Assembly: GCA_905178155.1 (NCBI GenBank)
Contig: CAJINV010000005.1
Span: 377,319-441,318 of the forward strand
Length of the DNA stretch: 64,000 nucleotides
Direction of reading: 5' to 3'
DNA from: Amoebophrya sp. A120
Taxonomy: Eukaryota; Protista; Dinoflagellata
In this document: positions 12,232 through 23,828 of the stretch, piece after piece
How positions within the stretch are numbered: the stretch's first letter is position 1
Layout of the letters: each line of letters begins with the position of its first letter
Position numbers and translations under genes: made by a program
Notes under the pieces: generated by a model
The model's input: only the letters and a program-made list of their open reading frames with translations
The model's database searches: none
What the model was told of the DNA's origin: nothing

Positions 12232-12810
12232 ACTGTGGATACTATCGCAGTTTTGTAGTAAGGCTCTCTGATTATAGCAGAAACAACGGACGGAGATTTT
12301 GTTGGTGGAGAGCCTGTCCATTGTGTCGTATTAAATGGTTTCATTACATGTTTCAACGAGTTTCAACAATTTCAAGAAGTGCAAACGAATGAACCCACGC
12401 TGGCATGAGGTGGTCATATGAAAAAGTATCCTGGTGCCCAGGGCACAACTGTAGCTGAGCTCCGTTTCGTTTTCGGGCGGTGCTGCGCTAATTCGGACTC
12501 GATCGATTGTTTTTTCGCCGCTCTGCACCAGCTCCGTCAATCCGATTGTCTACGTGGCCTAGTTATTTTCCAGTGCAGCTATTGAGAGGATCGGTAGAAA
12601 AGCTCTGGCGCTCGGAGCTCGTCGGCGCGGCTTCGCTTCGATCGTGTTGTCATTTTCGTGTCCATCGATAATCGATCGACGATACGACCTGAAGTCAAAT
12701 CTTGTTCCTGTCGTGTCCTCTAACGGTCAACATCGTTCTGACAGCAGCAGTTGTTGTCTATTACTTCGCAAACGTATCCTTCTGCGGGTCAAAAATAAAA
12801 AACCTTGAAC

Positions 12811-14694
12811 ATGCCAACCTACTCGGATCGCGAAATACTCGGGCGCTTAGCGTACTTACGGTCGCTATTTGGAAATGGGATCGATTCGGGAGCGGGCTTA
12901 GAGTTGGTTGCCGTGAATGACAAGTTCCCCCCGGCCGCGCAGGAGACCAAAGGAGAACCTCAAACCAGCCCTGAAGCTGCATCAGTAGATGCTGTTACCA
13001 CAACATCAGGAGCAGTACCACAGCAGGGCGAGGCCCGTGAAGACGATACTTTTCACGAAAAGAAAGCAGCTGACGCGAGGAAAGTCGGCAAACAAGCTAG
13101 TACAGCGAGAAGTTCAACATCCCGAGCGAATTTCATAGCGCCACCGCTCTTTCACAATGACCGTCCCTGTTCCGTCGTAGACTTTCGCAAGAGCCTGGAA
13201 ACCAACCTGGAGCGACTTCGTTCTCTACCTCCCTGTCCGATCCTCGATGCGGCCGAGAAGGCGTTCGGGCCTTTTGCTGGAGAAGCGAACATCAAGGGGA
13301 AGAACAGAAGTCAGCAGACGTTGCAAATTCCTGTAGTAGACCATGCAGAAGATTATAACCCTCCCACGACCTCCGGCACGGCCGACTGCATGGATGTGGA
13401 TTTTGAGGAGGCAAGCGATAATTGTGCCCAGGATCATCTCGAGGAAAACGCCAACGCGGCCGCACCTGCAGGCCAGACGGATGAAGATGAGGCCGACGTC
13501 CGGCGACAAGCACTAGCGGACGCTCGCGCTCTGTTTTTTCAACAAGAAGACGAGGATGTCGACGAGCGCAAAGAATTCGAACGTATTCAGAACGAACGGA
13601 AGATTCAGGGGAACGCGAGGGGTACCAGGAAGGAGTTTGCAGCGGCGCCGAAGACGCGAGAGAACAACTACAACCTGGGAAACAAGAAGTTGTTCTCACA
13701 TCAGCAAGGTCGTCAACATGAGCACACAGCGCTGCAAATAGCAGTTTCCCGGCAAGAACAGTCGAAAGCGAAGGCAGACGTCGCTCTGGCGCACCTGATG
13801 GCGTTTCAGATGGCGGAGCTCACCGGGAAAAAGTTTGAGATGCCGATGAAAAAGATGAAACCACTGTCGAAGAAAGAACAGGAATGTCTCATGCAGATGA
13901 ACAGCAAAAAGGACGAAGAATTATCGGAGTCATCGTTCGAAGACGAATGGGAACTGCATCTGGAGAACAAGAAGCAAAAAGCGGAAGAGGAGGAGCTAGG
14001 ACAGTTAGGTAAAGACGAGCGGAAAAAACGGAAGAAGGCAAAAAAGGAAGAGAAAAAAATGGAGAAAAAACGGCTGAAGGAAGAGAAAAAGCGGCTGAAA
14101 AAGGAGCGAAAAGAGAAGGAACGAGAGGAGAAGAGAAGAAAAAAAGAGGAAACCTACAAAAGCAACTACGAGATAAATCACGAAAACGCCACTACGGGCG
14201 AAGTTTACAACTACGAAGAAGGCGGCAAAACCGTTCTCGGCGACGTCTGTGTCGACCTTGGGCCGGAGCGGGCTCTGTTCCGAAAACAGGTCAGCGCGGA
14301 CAAAATTGCAGAGTTGTTTGCCGACAATCATCTTCTGGAAAATAAAGCCGACAACCATGATCTGCAGCAAGACCACGGCGGTGGCAGCAAGACTCCCGTT
14401 GAGTGGGCCCGGTACGGAAACAGTGTGATGCTGAATATGACCATGACCGGGACGGTACATGGGCAAGACCAAACCGCATCGGCGTTTGAGGAAGATTACA
14501 GCAAAACTCCCGTGGCCTTCGACCACGCACCGCCCGCGAAAACGAGGGAGGAAGTGGCGGAGCAGCTGCTGGAGGAGGAGGACGAAAAAGCGGCAAAAGA
14601 AAGGGGCGAGGAACCCTTCAAGGTAGAGAGTTGGGAGGAACTGCAGAAAATGGAATTTCTACCATTCGACATAGACGACTACTTCGATGACTGA
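12811..14694 (+). CDS. Hypothetical K/E-rich coiled-coil protein (~627 aa)
   Basis: Long ORF from the ATG at 12811 with a highly charged KKEEKK tract. Confidence 0.7.
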   Translation: MPTYSDREILGRLAYLRSLFGNGIDSGAGLELVAVNDKFPPAAQETKGEPQTSPEAASVDAVTTTSGAVPQQGEAREDDTFHEKKAADARKVGKQASTARSSTSRANFIAPPLFHNDRPCSVVDFRKSLETNLERLRSLPPCPILDAAEKAFGPFAGEANIKGKNRSQQTLQIPVVDHAEDYNPPTTSGTADCMDVDFEEASDNCAQDHLEENANAAAPAGQTDEDEADVRRQALADARALFFQQEDEDVDERKEFERIQNERKIQGNARGTRKEFAAAPKTRENNYNLGNKKLFSHQQGRQHEHTALQIAVSRQEQSKAKADVALAHLMAFQMAELTGKKFEMPMKKMKPLSKKEQECLMQMNSKKDEELSESSFEDEWELHLENKKQKAEEEELGQLGKDERKKRKKAKKEEKKMEKKRLKEEKKRLKKERKEKEREEKRRKKEETYKSNYEINHENATTGEVYNYEEGGKTVLGDVCVDLGPERALFRKQVSADKIAELFADNHLLENKADNHDLQQDHGGGSKTPVEWARYGNSVMLNMTMTGTVHGQDQTASAFEEDYSKTPVAFDHAPPAKTREEVAEQLLEEEDEKAAKERGEEPFKVESWEELQKMEFLPFDIDDYFDD

Positions 14695-15336
14695 TTTGCT
14701 GCAGCAACAGGTATCTACTATGTACCGCGAACCAGAAGTTGTACCGTAGACGCAGTAAGAGAAGGTAAGTAGTTGGTAGAGATGCAGTTCAAGAAGAGAT
14801 GACTTTGCTCCTCTGGCTTATCTCGGAGCATGCAGACGTGGCTGCTCGTCTGCCGGTGACCTTCTCCATTCGTTTCCATGACGGTGTTGGTCGTGTGCAT
14901 AAAATCGATCTCGTCTGTCATCGCTTTTTCTTTGTGTGGATGATCTGAAACTGTAACTTTTTTTATCCCTATCGACCCATCGTTTCTACCACTGAGGGCA
15001 CAGTGATGTTCGTTTTGTCGCAATAACTCGTCGCTCTCGTCGTCGTCGCCGTTTTTTGTTCGCCGTTCAGATCCAAAAAAAATCAACATGCCTTTTTCCA
15101 AAGCATAAATTAAAGTGATATTGACTACGCTTCAAAGGGAAAAAAGTTCCAACGACAAGGCAGAGAAACATCCGCACCGACCCAGTGCATAGAATTGATC
15201 ACCGTCATGACGGATACGCCACTTCTGCGCAACGAGAACCACCTCTCTCTTCCGCAATAGGCCAAGGAGAAACAACTTTTGCGCGGCGACCCTTGACCGG
15301 CCACTGCTCCGACCGCGAGCGCAACAGTATCGACAG

Positions 15337-16228
15337 ATGGTTGCCTCCCTAATTGAGCGCCGGGCGAAGGATGTGGAGCGGTTTCTGCGTGTTCCCCACG
15401 CGAAGGACTGCAGCAGTCGGTTGCAGCGAAGCGGGGACATTTTGCTCTCCAAGGAGGACCGAAAGGAGATCGGAAGATGGGCGTACCCGAGAATAGACAT
15501 CGCAAGATACGTCCTGCTGGAGGACTTTCAAGAGAAAAACAGAAGAAGAAAAGAGCTCCTGCAAACGGTCGAGAGGAAATTAAAGAGAAGACAGGAAATA
15601 CAAAAGGAAAGGTACAAGTAGAGATTAATCTGGTTCTTTACTTAGATAGAAGTACACCTGCGCCTGCCTACCTAGTTGGTTACTACTGCGTCACCGTTTT
15701 GTGCAGTTCTTTTTGTAGATAAACCCTCCAAGAATAAAAAAATATGCAACCCCATCTTCACCCAGGTCTCGGCAGCGTGTCCGCGGTCTGGGCGTGGAGC
15801 CGAAGCGGAACCCGCCCGAGCCGTGGGAGCCGTACTACGACATCAGCAAGCGCGACGCCTGGCTCTACGACCGAAAATTTGCGGCCATGGCTAGCACGAG
15901 GTCGCCACGAAAGCCGCAGCCGACGGTGGACTTGGATTTTCGGAAAGGCATACGGCCAAGGACGACCCCCGCGCCGAATTTACCGAGGTACACGGACTTG
16001 TCTCTCGACTGGGGTCCGGGTAGGTCAGTGTTGGAACGGATATCGCGGTCCTCTTCGCCGGACAGGTGGCAACAGAGTCCACGATACGACCACATTCCGG
16101 AGCCAAAGAAGGAGTACGAACGGGAACCGATTCCGCGGAAATTTCTGTGGACCAAGGAGCAAGCGCTGGTCGGGAGATTAGCCTCCTGGACCGCGGATGA
16201 GGCGAGAGAGTATAGACTAGCTTGTTGA
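15337..16228 (+). CDS. Hypothetical protein, 245 aa; GT-AG intron 15612-15765
   Basis: ORFs 15337 and 15794 join in frame through AG|GTACAAG...CCCAG|G, giving KERSRQRVRGLGVEPKRNPP. Confidence 0.5.
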
Positions 16229-16357
16229 GTAGAGTTCGCTGATGTTTTTCTTTTTTGATTGCTTTTCTACGGTTCCTACGTATGTTTTTTGCGTTTGCAT
16301 TTGATTCCATAAGTGTAAAACATCAGCTTCTGGCGATCTTGGGTAGACCAAAGTGCA

Positions 16358-16999
16358 ATGGCGAAGGAAGGCGTGAGCAAGGCCGGGAAGAAAGATGCGC
16401 TTGCGCGGGCGAAGGCGCAGCGGGAGAAGTACGGGGGATTGACGATAGAAAAAGCCCAGATCGTAGTGAAGTCCTTGAGTAGCAGACCAGAGGAGAAACT
16501 AAGTTCCCAGGAGATCGAGTTGCTGGGACGAGGTACAGGACATCGATTGATGTCGTGGTGGCTTGCTTTTTTTTGCTTCATTTACGCGATGAATTCACTA
16601 CAGATTCAATTCCTCTGTCGACTGGAGCTGCATGGCAACAAGTTGAAAAAACGCGAATACAATACAGCGAAACAATTCCTGTCCGACCAGAAGGGCGGTA
16701 GCTCGTTCGGGGAGGACATTGACGACGGGTTGCCGAAAGCCTGGGACGACCGGTGTTGCACGCGCGTCGCAAGTCTGGGGAACGCGGAGCGGCACAAGAG
16801 CAAACGGTCCCTGTTTCTGAACTACAGCGTCCAGCCGGAGAAATACATGGACAAGATGCTCGGGACGCTGATACGGGACGACTTGCGGTTGACGGAGGAG
16901 GAGCAGGCGGAAAAGAACGATTTTTTGAAGAAAACGGGCTTAGCAGCGGCGAAGAAAGCGGAACGGGAGGCAGCGAAGTCCGCGAATAAGGGCAAGTGA
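16358..16999 (+). CDS. Hypothetical basic protein; probable in-frame GT-AG intron 16533-16667
   Basis: 213-aa ORF with a compositionally different T-rich 135-nt segment bounded by GTACAG...ATACAG. Confidence 0.55.
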   Translation: MAKEGVSKAGKKDALARAKAQREKYGGLTIEKAQIVVKSLSSRPEEKLSSQEIELLGRGTGHRLMSWWLAFFCFIYAMNSLQIQFLCRLELHGNKLKKREYNTAKQFLSDQKGGSSFGEDIDDGLPKAWDDRCCTRVASLGNAERHKSKRSLFLNYSVQPEKYMDKMLGTLIRDDLRLTEEEQAEKNDFLKKTGLAAAKKAEREAAKSANKGK

Positions 17000-17699
17000 G
17001 GATGGTCGTGGTCAAAAACGAGCTAGGGTGCTGTAGACGACTTATCTTGATCAACAACTTACATCTGTAGAATCTGTAACCTAACGTAACCGATTTGCTT
17101 CAGAACAACTGGGTATAGAATCATATAAAATTGATGGCAGAACGCGGAGGTAGTTACTCTCGCGAAAATTTAGTTTGAGGATAATACCACCTGTAACAAT
17201 TCCCACTCCCGCTTGTACGAACGAATGAACTTCCCTTAATTGATTCCAACTTGTAGATGCACTTGTGCTGAGCTGTCTCGAACTTGGTCGGACATGTACG
17301 ATTCAGTTTCACGGGCGTAACCGTCGTAAAAGAGGTAGGTGCACAAGGGCGATTGGTACTTTTTGCCTATCCTGAAACGGGCTCACACTGTTCCGCTGCA
17401 TCAATGCGGAGACGCAAATATTCAAGGTGGAAGAGGCAACGCAATCCGCAGCGATGAGTGACGAGAGGAGTGAGCATGAATGTCTCGAGGGCTGTTTTCC
17501 GAAAGATCTGCAAATTTTTGAACTACCTTTTTCATAGATCAGATCAAAATTCACATCCAACAAAACGATTCTGCAGTTGTTTCGCCGAACTGGGCACCGT
17601 TTCTGTCCTTTCGGTCTGTTATTTCTCGTGTTTCCAAAATTTTGTTTACATGTCTTTTTTCATCTGTTTCCGTTTCTTTTTCCAAACCAGAAATCACGG

Positions 17700-19987
17700 A
17701 TGCTTCGCGACTTTTGGCGAACCCTGTGGCCGCGATTCACCAGCAGCTTTTCGCCGAGAAATTTGTTCCAGCCGCAGCAAACGTCTTCCGCGGCGAAAGT
17801 TCCAACCGCGTCCAAGACTTCGACGCCAGTGACATCTACTTCGGCAATGACCACGACCAGTCCGGAAGGATGTAACCACGCATCCGTGCTTTCCGCCGGA
17901 GCTGCCAAATCCTACAACGACAGGACAAGCTATTATCCAAGCAGACCTAGCGGTACACCTACTGGTGCAGCTGCTGGAGGTATTAGACACCAGCTCCCCA
18001 CAGCGCGAGTCCAGTACTTTGATTTTGCCGCGTATGCAGACACCGGGAGCCAAGCCTGGAAGCAAACCTTCCTTCAGCGAACGGCGAAACTGCAGGCTGC
18101 GACGGGAGGCGAGGGTTCGTCCAGTACGACAACGTCGACTTCTTCAGGCACTTCCGCTAAAAAAACTGCCGCACCAAACGAGAAAAAGCGCGTCGCTCTG
18201 CTTGTCGACGGCGACCATGCCATGCCCGCGCAGCTCGACGGCATCATCCAGCACTTCAATAGCATCGGCGCCACGGTTCCCGTCCGACGGGCGTATTTTG
18301 GGAGGGCAGACATTGCGGAGGGCAGGAAATGGGGCGAATTCGGGCACAGACACCGCTTTGAGCTCATCGTTGTGAAAAAGTATTTCAGTCGTATAATTCA
18401 TGCGTGATGTTGTAGGGACAGGAGGGAACATGTTTGTACATGACGAGGAAACAGTGAGAGCGTACAAAAATGCACCTATACAATATGCTTTTTCACTTAC
18501 ATTTTGCCTCGCAGGTTTGGCACGAGTAACGCGGAGCTGGTGGACAAGAAGCTGTCCATCGACGCTATACGATTTGGCCTCGTCGACCGCTATAATGTCG
18601 CCATTATGTCGCGCGATAAAGGGTTTGCAGAGGTATACATACATAGTCATGGTTAGACTCTTTACCATGCTGCAAAATAAGAATGTCCTGTATTAATGCC
18701 GTTTTAAAACTCAAAAAGAAAAAGAGTACGAATTCCTCCAATACATCATGCCCACAATGACCACAGGTTTTCGCCGAACTTTCCCGGAACGACGCCCCCG
18801 AGTACTACGCCGTTTCTCAGTGCGATAATACTCCGACAAGATCCCTCTTCGAGAAATACGGCGCAACTTTTGTCGCAGATCGGCCCCCCGACTACGTCGC
18901 GGGAATGACAAGCGCTTCGAGTAGTGGCCGGGTCGTGCGACGAGGGGCGGCTGGAGTTGGTTTCGGTTCTCGAGGGGGATGGTACGACAGCAATCCTAGC
19001 AGCCCAAGCTCTACAGCATCGAGCACGAGAGCGAGGAACAGCGTATCTTCAAGCACCTCGTCTACAAGTTACCGACGTTCACCAACGGAGAGAGCGACGC
19101 TAGCGGGGAATGCACAACTGCGGGGCGGGCTCCGTCCTTCACACACGGCGTTGAGAGCAGTGAGAAAACCTCCAGACGACCGGCGGCAGAGCGGGACTAG
19201 CTCGCTTCACTCCTACATCCAAGAGCGCATCGATGACGCACTGGACCGAAGACTCGGCAAGAGGAGGAACAACGGACACGAAGCGGAGAAAAGATCGCGG
19301 CCGGACCAGCGTGTTTACCGAAATTCGTATCCCTCGCGGCCGCGCCCGGACAGCAACTACCGGTCGCACCCTGCAGCTCCAGAACGCAGAACAAGGGATC
19401 AACCTCTAGTCGTCGTCCAGTCGCCTGGAGCAGAGAACTCCCTGCGGTTCCTCATGCGGCGGTACGCGCTGGACGCCGGTTGGATTGCGGGCACGCGTGA
19501 CGAGCCACCGATTGTTGCCGCGAGGCAAGTCGACTTGTTGGGTGAAGACAGTGTGATGCCAACAACGTCCTGCCGCAGCAACGACGTTTTGGCGACGGAG
19601 AAACTACCGCCAGCAGAGGATGAGTTTCTCGCAAAGGAGGTCTGCCAAGGAGAACCGAGCAGCTCCTGCGTCAAAATGGCGCTACGGCAGCGCAAAAGAA
19701 GTTCGGGCAGATCCTTTCTCGGAGCGCATACAGTGAGTAGACATGCCGCGAATACGAAACTGCACCTCACCCGCTGGCTGCGACCTGCTCTTCGAAAATC
19801 AGCCCTGCGAACGCGGCTTCCGCGGAGGGAATACGTCGCGAGGCGCAACGTCTGGGCGGTCAAATACAGGTATCAACCGGAGCCGCCGGAACCGCGAATG
19901 CGGACCACAATTGTCGGGCAAAAAAGGGACAACGCGCCGCTGTTGGATCTCCTCGCGGGCGAACCCATGCGGAAGACGCAGGTTTGA
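17700..19987 (+). CDS. NYN (PIN-fold) domain protein, 672 aa; GT-AG introns 18380-18514 and 18633-18766
   Basis: Spliced product shows NYN-type acidic motifs VALLVDGDH, VRRAYFG, LVDKKLSIDA and VAIMSRDKGF. Both junctions keep the frame and run into ORF 18905-19987. Confidence 0.7.
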
Positions 19988-20419
19988 TTCGTGAGGAGGG
20001 GTCCGGGCTTTCCCAAAAGCAAGCTTTACCCGGTCCGCGTTGGAATGATGGTGAGTGACAGGCGGAACCGTGATCGTGACAAACCCAAACACAAGTAGAA
20101 TAGCGCCACACATAGCTGTCATAGGTAGCCCACGATCGTGGGGGCTGCTCTCATTTGATGTTGTCTGTGTTTCTATAATTACTAACTTGAAGGTCGTGGG
20201 TCAGTATCTTCTGCTACACGTTTATTGTTATGGAGAAATTCAAAATCTGTTTCGCATTCGCTTTCGTTCTCTCTGTAAAATCGGCCGCTTATCAATCTAC
20301 ATCAGTTTTCCTCTTTGTGTTTGTGTAGGTAAGACGGAGGCCTGCAATCACAACACACATTTACTGGTTGCGTGAGTTTATGTGGCTTTGCGCTGACTGC
20401 CACAATGAAAATGAATAGT

Positions 20420-22090
20420 ATGTGTTCATCCCTCGTTGGCCGCTCGCATTGGAAGCTAGCACAGCGGTCGCCCAACTTCATAAAGAATGCCGGGGAAAAC
20501 GTCCCAGCAGTATGGGGCTTCCACAGCGCAGGCCCTCCGGTGGCCCCGGTAGGTTCCGGCGGAATACGACCCCGCGGGCCTTCGTGCTGCGGGCGCGCTG
20601 ATGTTAGGCGCGGGACCACGTGCCGCCGGGGGCGCGGGAGGCCTCGCCGCGGGCTGCTTCTCGACGCCCTCAAGGATGCCCGCGCTGCGATTGCAATGAC
20701 ACACACCGCCGCGAACGCCGCCCGCCGAAGATAATCCGCGACACGTGTCGCGCGCGTTGCCGCCACCTGCTCGCGTTTTGGCGGGCCAACCCGGGGGCCC
20801 GGCCATCGCGTTGCCACCGGGCCCGCTGCCGAACGGCCGCGACGAAGTGCGGCACTTGTCTCCGGCGCGGATGGCCAGCGCCAAGAAGCGGGCGGAAACC
20901 GAACAAAATGAGGCGCGTCGCGATAGGCGCCCCCGCGCATTTGGAGGGGGCAGCGTAGTGCCCCCCGCCTGGTGGCAGGCTGCTGCGCGCGCTTCTGCAT
21001 TGATAGCGGCCGGAGGTGCTCGGGCGGGTGGCGGCCCCGGTTGTCGTGGTGGCGACGGCCGGCACATTTGGCGCTTGCCCGCCCGCCTATTACCCCGCGG
21101 GGGGGGGCGGGGCGGCCGGGCGCGGGGTTTCCGTTGATTGCCATGAACGAGGACAAGTACCAAGCCCGACCCGCGAAGGCATCGCAAGGCAGCAAGCGGC
21201 TAATCCTCAACTTCCCCGAGCCTGCCGGGTGCGCGACACATAATACGGTGGAAAAGCACGAAGGCGGTGGACATACAGGAAAAAGCCGCGAAGAGCTTTC
21301 CTTTGGGAGGCGCCTTTCGCTTCTGGATATCTGAAAAAGCCGGCCGGCCGAAGGTGCCGGGCGTGCACTTCGCGACCAAGCCCAGCCCTTCCGGCGCGCT
21401 ATCCCTGACCCGCGCCGCGCGTAGGGCGGCCCGCCCCACCGCAACAGGCCCAACCTCTACCGCAAGTGGTCAGCCGAACTCGTTCTCGGCTACAGGTTTT
21501 TTCTCCCACCCGGGAAAAGGCGGGCACGCCGCTCACGAGAAAGGAATGCACTCGCGCGGTGCGAAGGGCTACCACGACAAGGAAGACTTGCCGCGTGCAA
21601 CGGATACCAACAACAACAGTGCTTCGGCATCCAAGGGCCAAGGTGTGCCGGTTGACGACGGTGCCGATAGCGCGGCGCGCGCGCTACGACCACCACGCTC
21701 CGCGGCGGCTTGTGCGCAATACATTCTGCTGCGGGTAAAAGTTCGGGACCAAGCCCAAGGAGGTGGGGTTGTGCCAGTCGGCCGCGGGTGTGTCGCTGGA
21801 TGGTGCTCTTCGGCCGGCGCGCTCGCTATTTTGGCAGCCGGGGCCAATTTGTTGGCCGGCGAACTTGCCGGACGCCTTCTCGGCTGGTTTCCCCCCCGGC
21901 CGTTGGTGGCGCGGTAGCGACGCGCGCTTTTTGGCAGCTCTTGTGGCCGATTCGCGGGGACAAAATCCCCCTCGGAGCGAATTTGCGCGCCGGCCCCTCT
22001 ACCGCGCCACATGGCGCGGCCGAGCGGTCTTTGGGCCAGCCGGCTGGCACCCCCGCCTACGGTGGGGCCCGGGCGGAGCAGCCGACTTCT
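20420..22090. other. GC-rich island without a convincing ORF (possible decayed repeat or mobile element)
   Basis: Visibly higher GC than the flanks; many overlapping R/G/P/A-rich ORFs with no recognisable domain; boundaries approximate. Confidence 0.35.
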
Positions 22091-22397
22091 TGTAGTTCAG
22101 CCGATGCAGCAATTTCCTCTTGTGCATATGCGCTTGGGGACGTGCCATCACATCGACCCGCCGTAGTTTGATGAAGTCGTCAGGCGAGGCCGGAGAAGTA
22201 TCGTTCTTCGTTGGGCCCCGCCGTGTTCGAGTTCTCGCCGCATGACTCGGAGTGGGGCAGAGGGACTAGCAGCCACCGGGACGAGTGAGGAGTGCGTCGG
22301 TGGGCCGAGTAGCACACGCGTCTCAATGTCGTTTTTTTTGAGGGAATTCTCGTCAGTGCGTGTGTGTAAGTACTGTTTTTGCGCATCTCAACAGGTC

Positions 22398-23294
22398 ATG
22401 AGTGTGCATTACCCGGCCAAGTTTACCAGTTTGCGCGCGTCCGGAAATGTAATTATGGCAAAGCACACGGCAGTCTCCTCTTCAGCATACTTTGCTGGTA
22501 GCGCTCGTTGCTCCACCTTGTGCCTCGCGGTCCCGGCAAAGCTTCGCGTGTTGGAAAGAACGTCATCTCTTTGTGTTTCGCATGATGCACCAGGACGACG
22601 CCAGATCACATCACAGACACGGATCCTCTCTTCAAGAACATTCTCGTCGGCAACAACCCCCCAACTCACTGAAGCGCTGTCGCACTTCGATCCGAATGAG
22701 CGGCAAAAAGCCCTCCTTGCACTCGGCTTCGACACGACTGCAACCTCGAGGAAAAACGCACCGCCCTCCTCCGCCGCCGACGACACCCTCCGCACCGACA
22801 CAGATCTCCTCCTTACCAAGCTGGACAAGTGTAACGACTTGCTGCAGAAGAACAAAAAACGCCGCGTCTCTCTCCGCCATTCGCCCGTCTTCAAGCAGTA
22901 CGGGTCGATGGGCACGCTGGCGACCTTTGGTGGCAGTCTCTTGTTCATCCCCGCGAGCTTTTTCAGCGGCGTTTTTCTCTTCCCGGCAGCCTACTGCTGG
23001 TACCAGAACTGGAAGCAATGGAAGAAAACTGACGAGAGAACGACGGTGACCACGACAGAAATGGAGGACTTGGAAGATTGGAGCAAAAAGTTGGAAGACC
23101 GGAAAAAGGACTTGATTAAAGCTGTAGCAGAGGAGCTGATGCAGGGAAAAAAAGCCGAGGCCGGAAAGTTTGCTGTCGATGACTCTGGTTCTGGTTCGTT
23201 TCACGACTCCTGCACCAAGAGAAGTACCCAAAGCACTGAGACCGAAAACTCCCCTGCTGCTGCTACTGCCATTGGGGCGCCTGCGACAGGCTGA
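22398..23294 (+). CDS. Hypothetical membrane protein, possibly mitochondrion-targeted
   Basis: ATG at 22398. S/R-rich N-terminus ending in RTFSS, hydrophobic segment TLATFGGSLLFIPASFFSGVFLFPAAY, then a coiled-coil-like region. Confidence 0.55.
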   Translation: MSVHYPAKFTSLRASGNVIMAKHTAVSSSAYFAGSARCSTLCLAVPAKLRVLERTSSLCVSHDAPGRRQITSQTRILSSRTFSSATTPQLTEALSHFDPNERQKALLALGFDTTATSRKNAPPSSAADDTLRTDTDLLLTKLDKCNDLLQKNKKRRVSLRHSPVFKQYGSMGTLATFGGSLLFIPASFFSGVFLFPAAYCWYQNWKQWKKTDERTTVTTTEMEDLEDWSKKLEDRKKDLIKAVAEELMQGKKAEAGKFAVDDSGSGSFHDSCTKRSTQSTETENSPAAATAIGAPATG

Positions 23295-23828
23295 CTCTAG
23301 AGTTGCCTGCTTGCTTCTCCATCATCTACAACTTACTGATACCTCCTACTTTCAGCAGCTCTCCATGCACGTAGTACGTGTTCGGCTTTTCTTTTGATGC
23401 GCAAGCTTCAGAGTACCGGACGCACCGCCACTGTTGGCCGAGAGATCCAGATTGTGGATGTTTTCCTTGATGTAGTCGCTCGGACGCTCGAAGCAAGAGC
23501 AAAAGGAGTGGACTTGGTAAGTCATTACCATTAGGTTGGGAGAGACAGAGACGAGAGAAAAAAAAATGCTAGAAAAAGAGAGATCAAGATTGATTTCTCC
23601 GATGAAGCACTTATGTTTTCTTCCTGCCAGCAGATCCTCGATACTAAGAGTCAAAACCCATCCCAGATGCGTCACTTCGGTCCAAATTTCTATGCAAGAC
23701 AGCCCTTCATGAGCGCGATGCTACCTAGTGTTTCTCCACTTGTGTTGGAATTATTGGCTCGGGCCACAAGGTGAAGAACTCTGTACCTGTAGCCACTTCG
23801 TCCTGCAGTTACATCTAATAACGCGACC

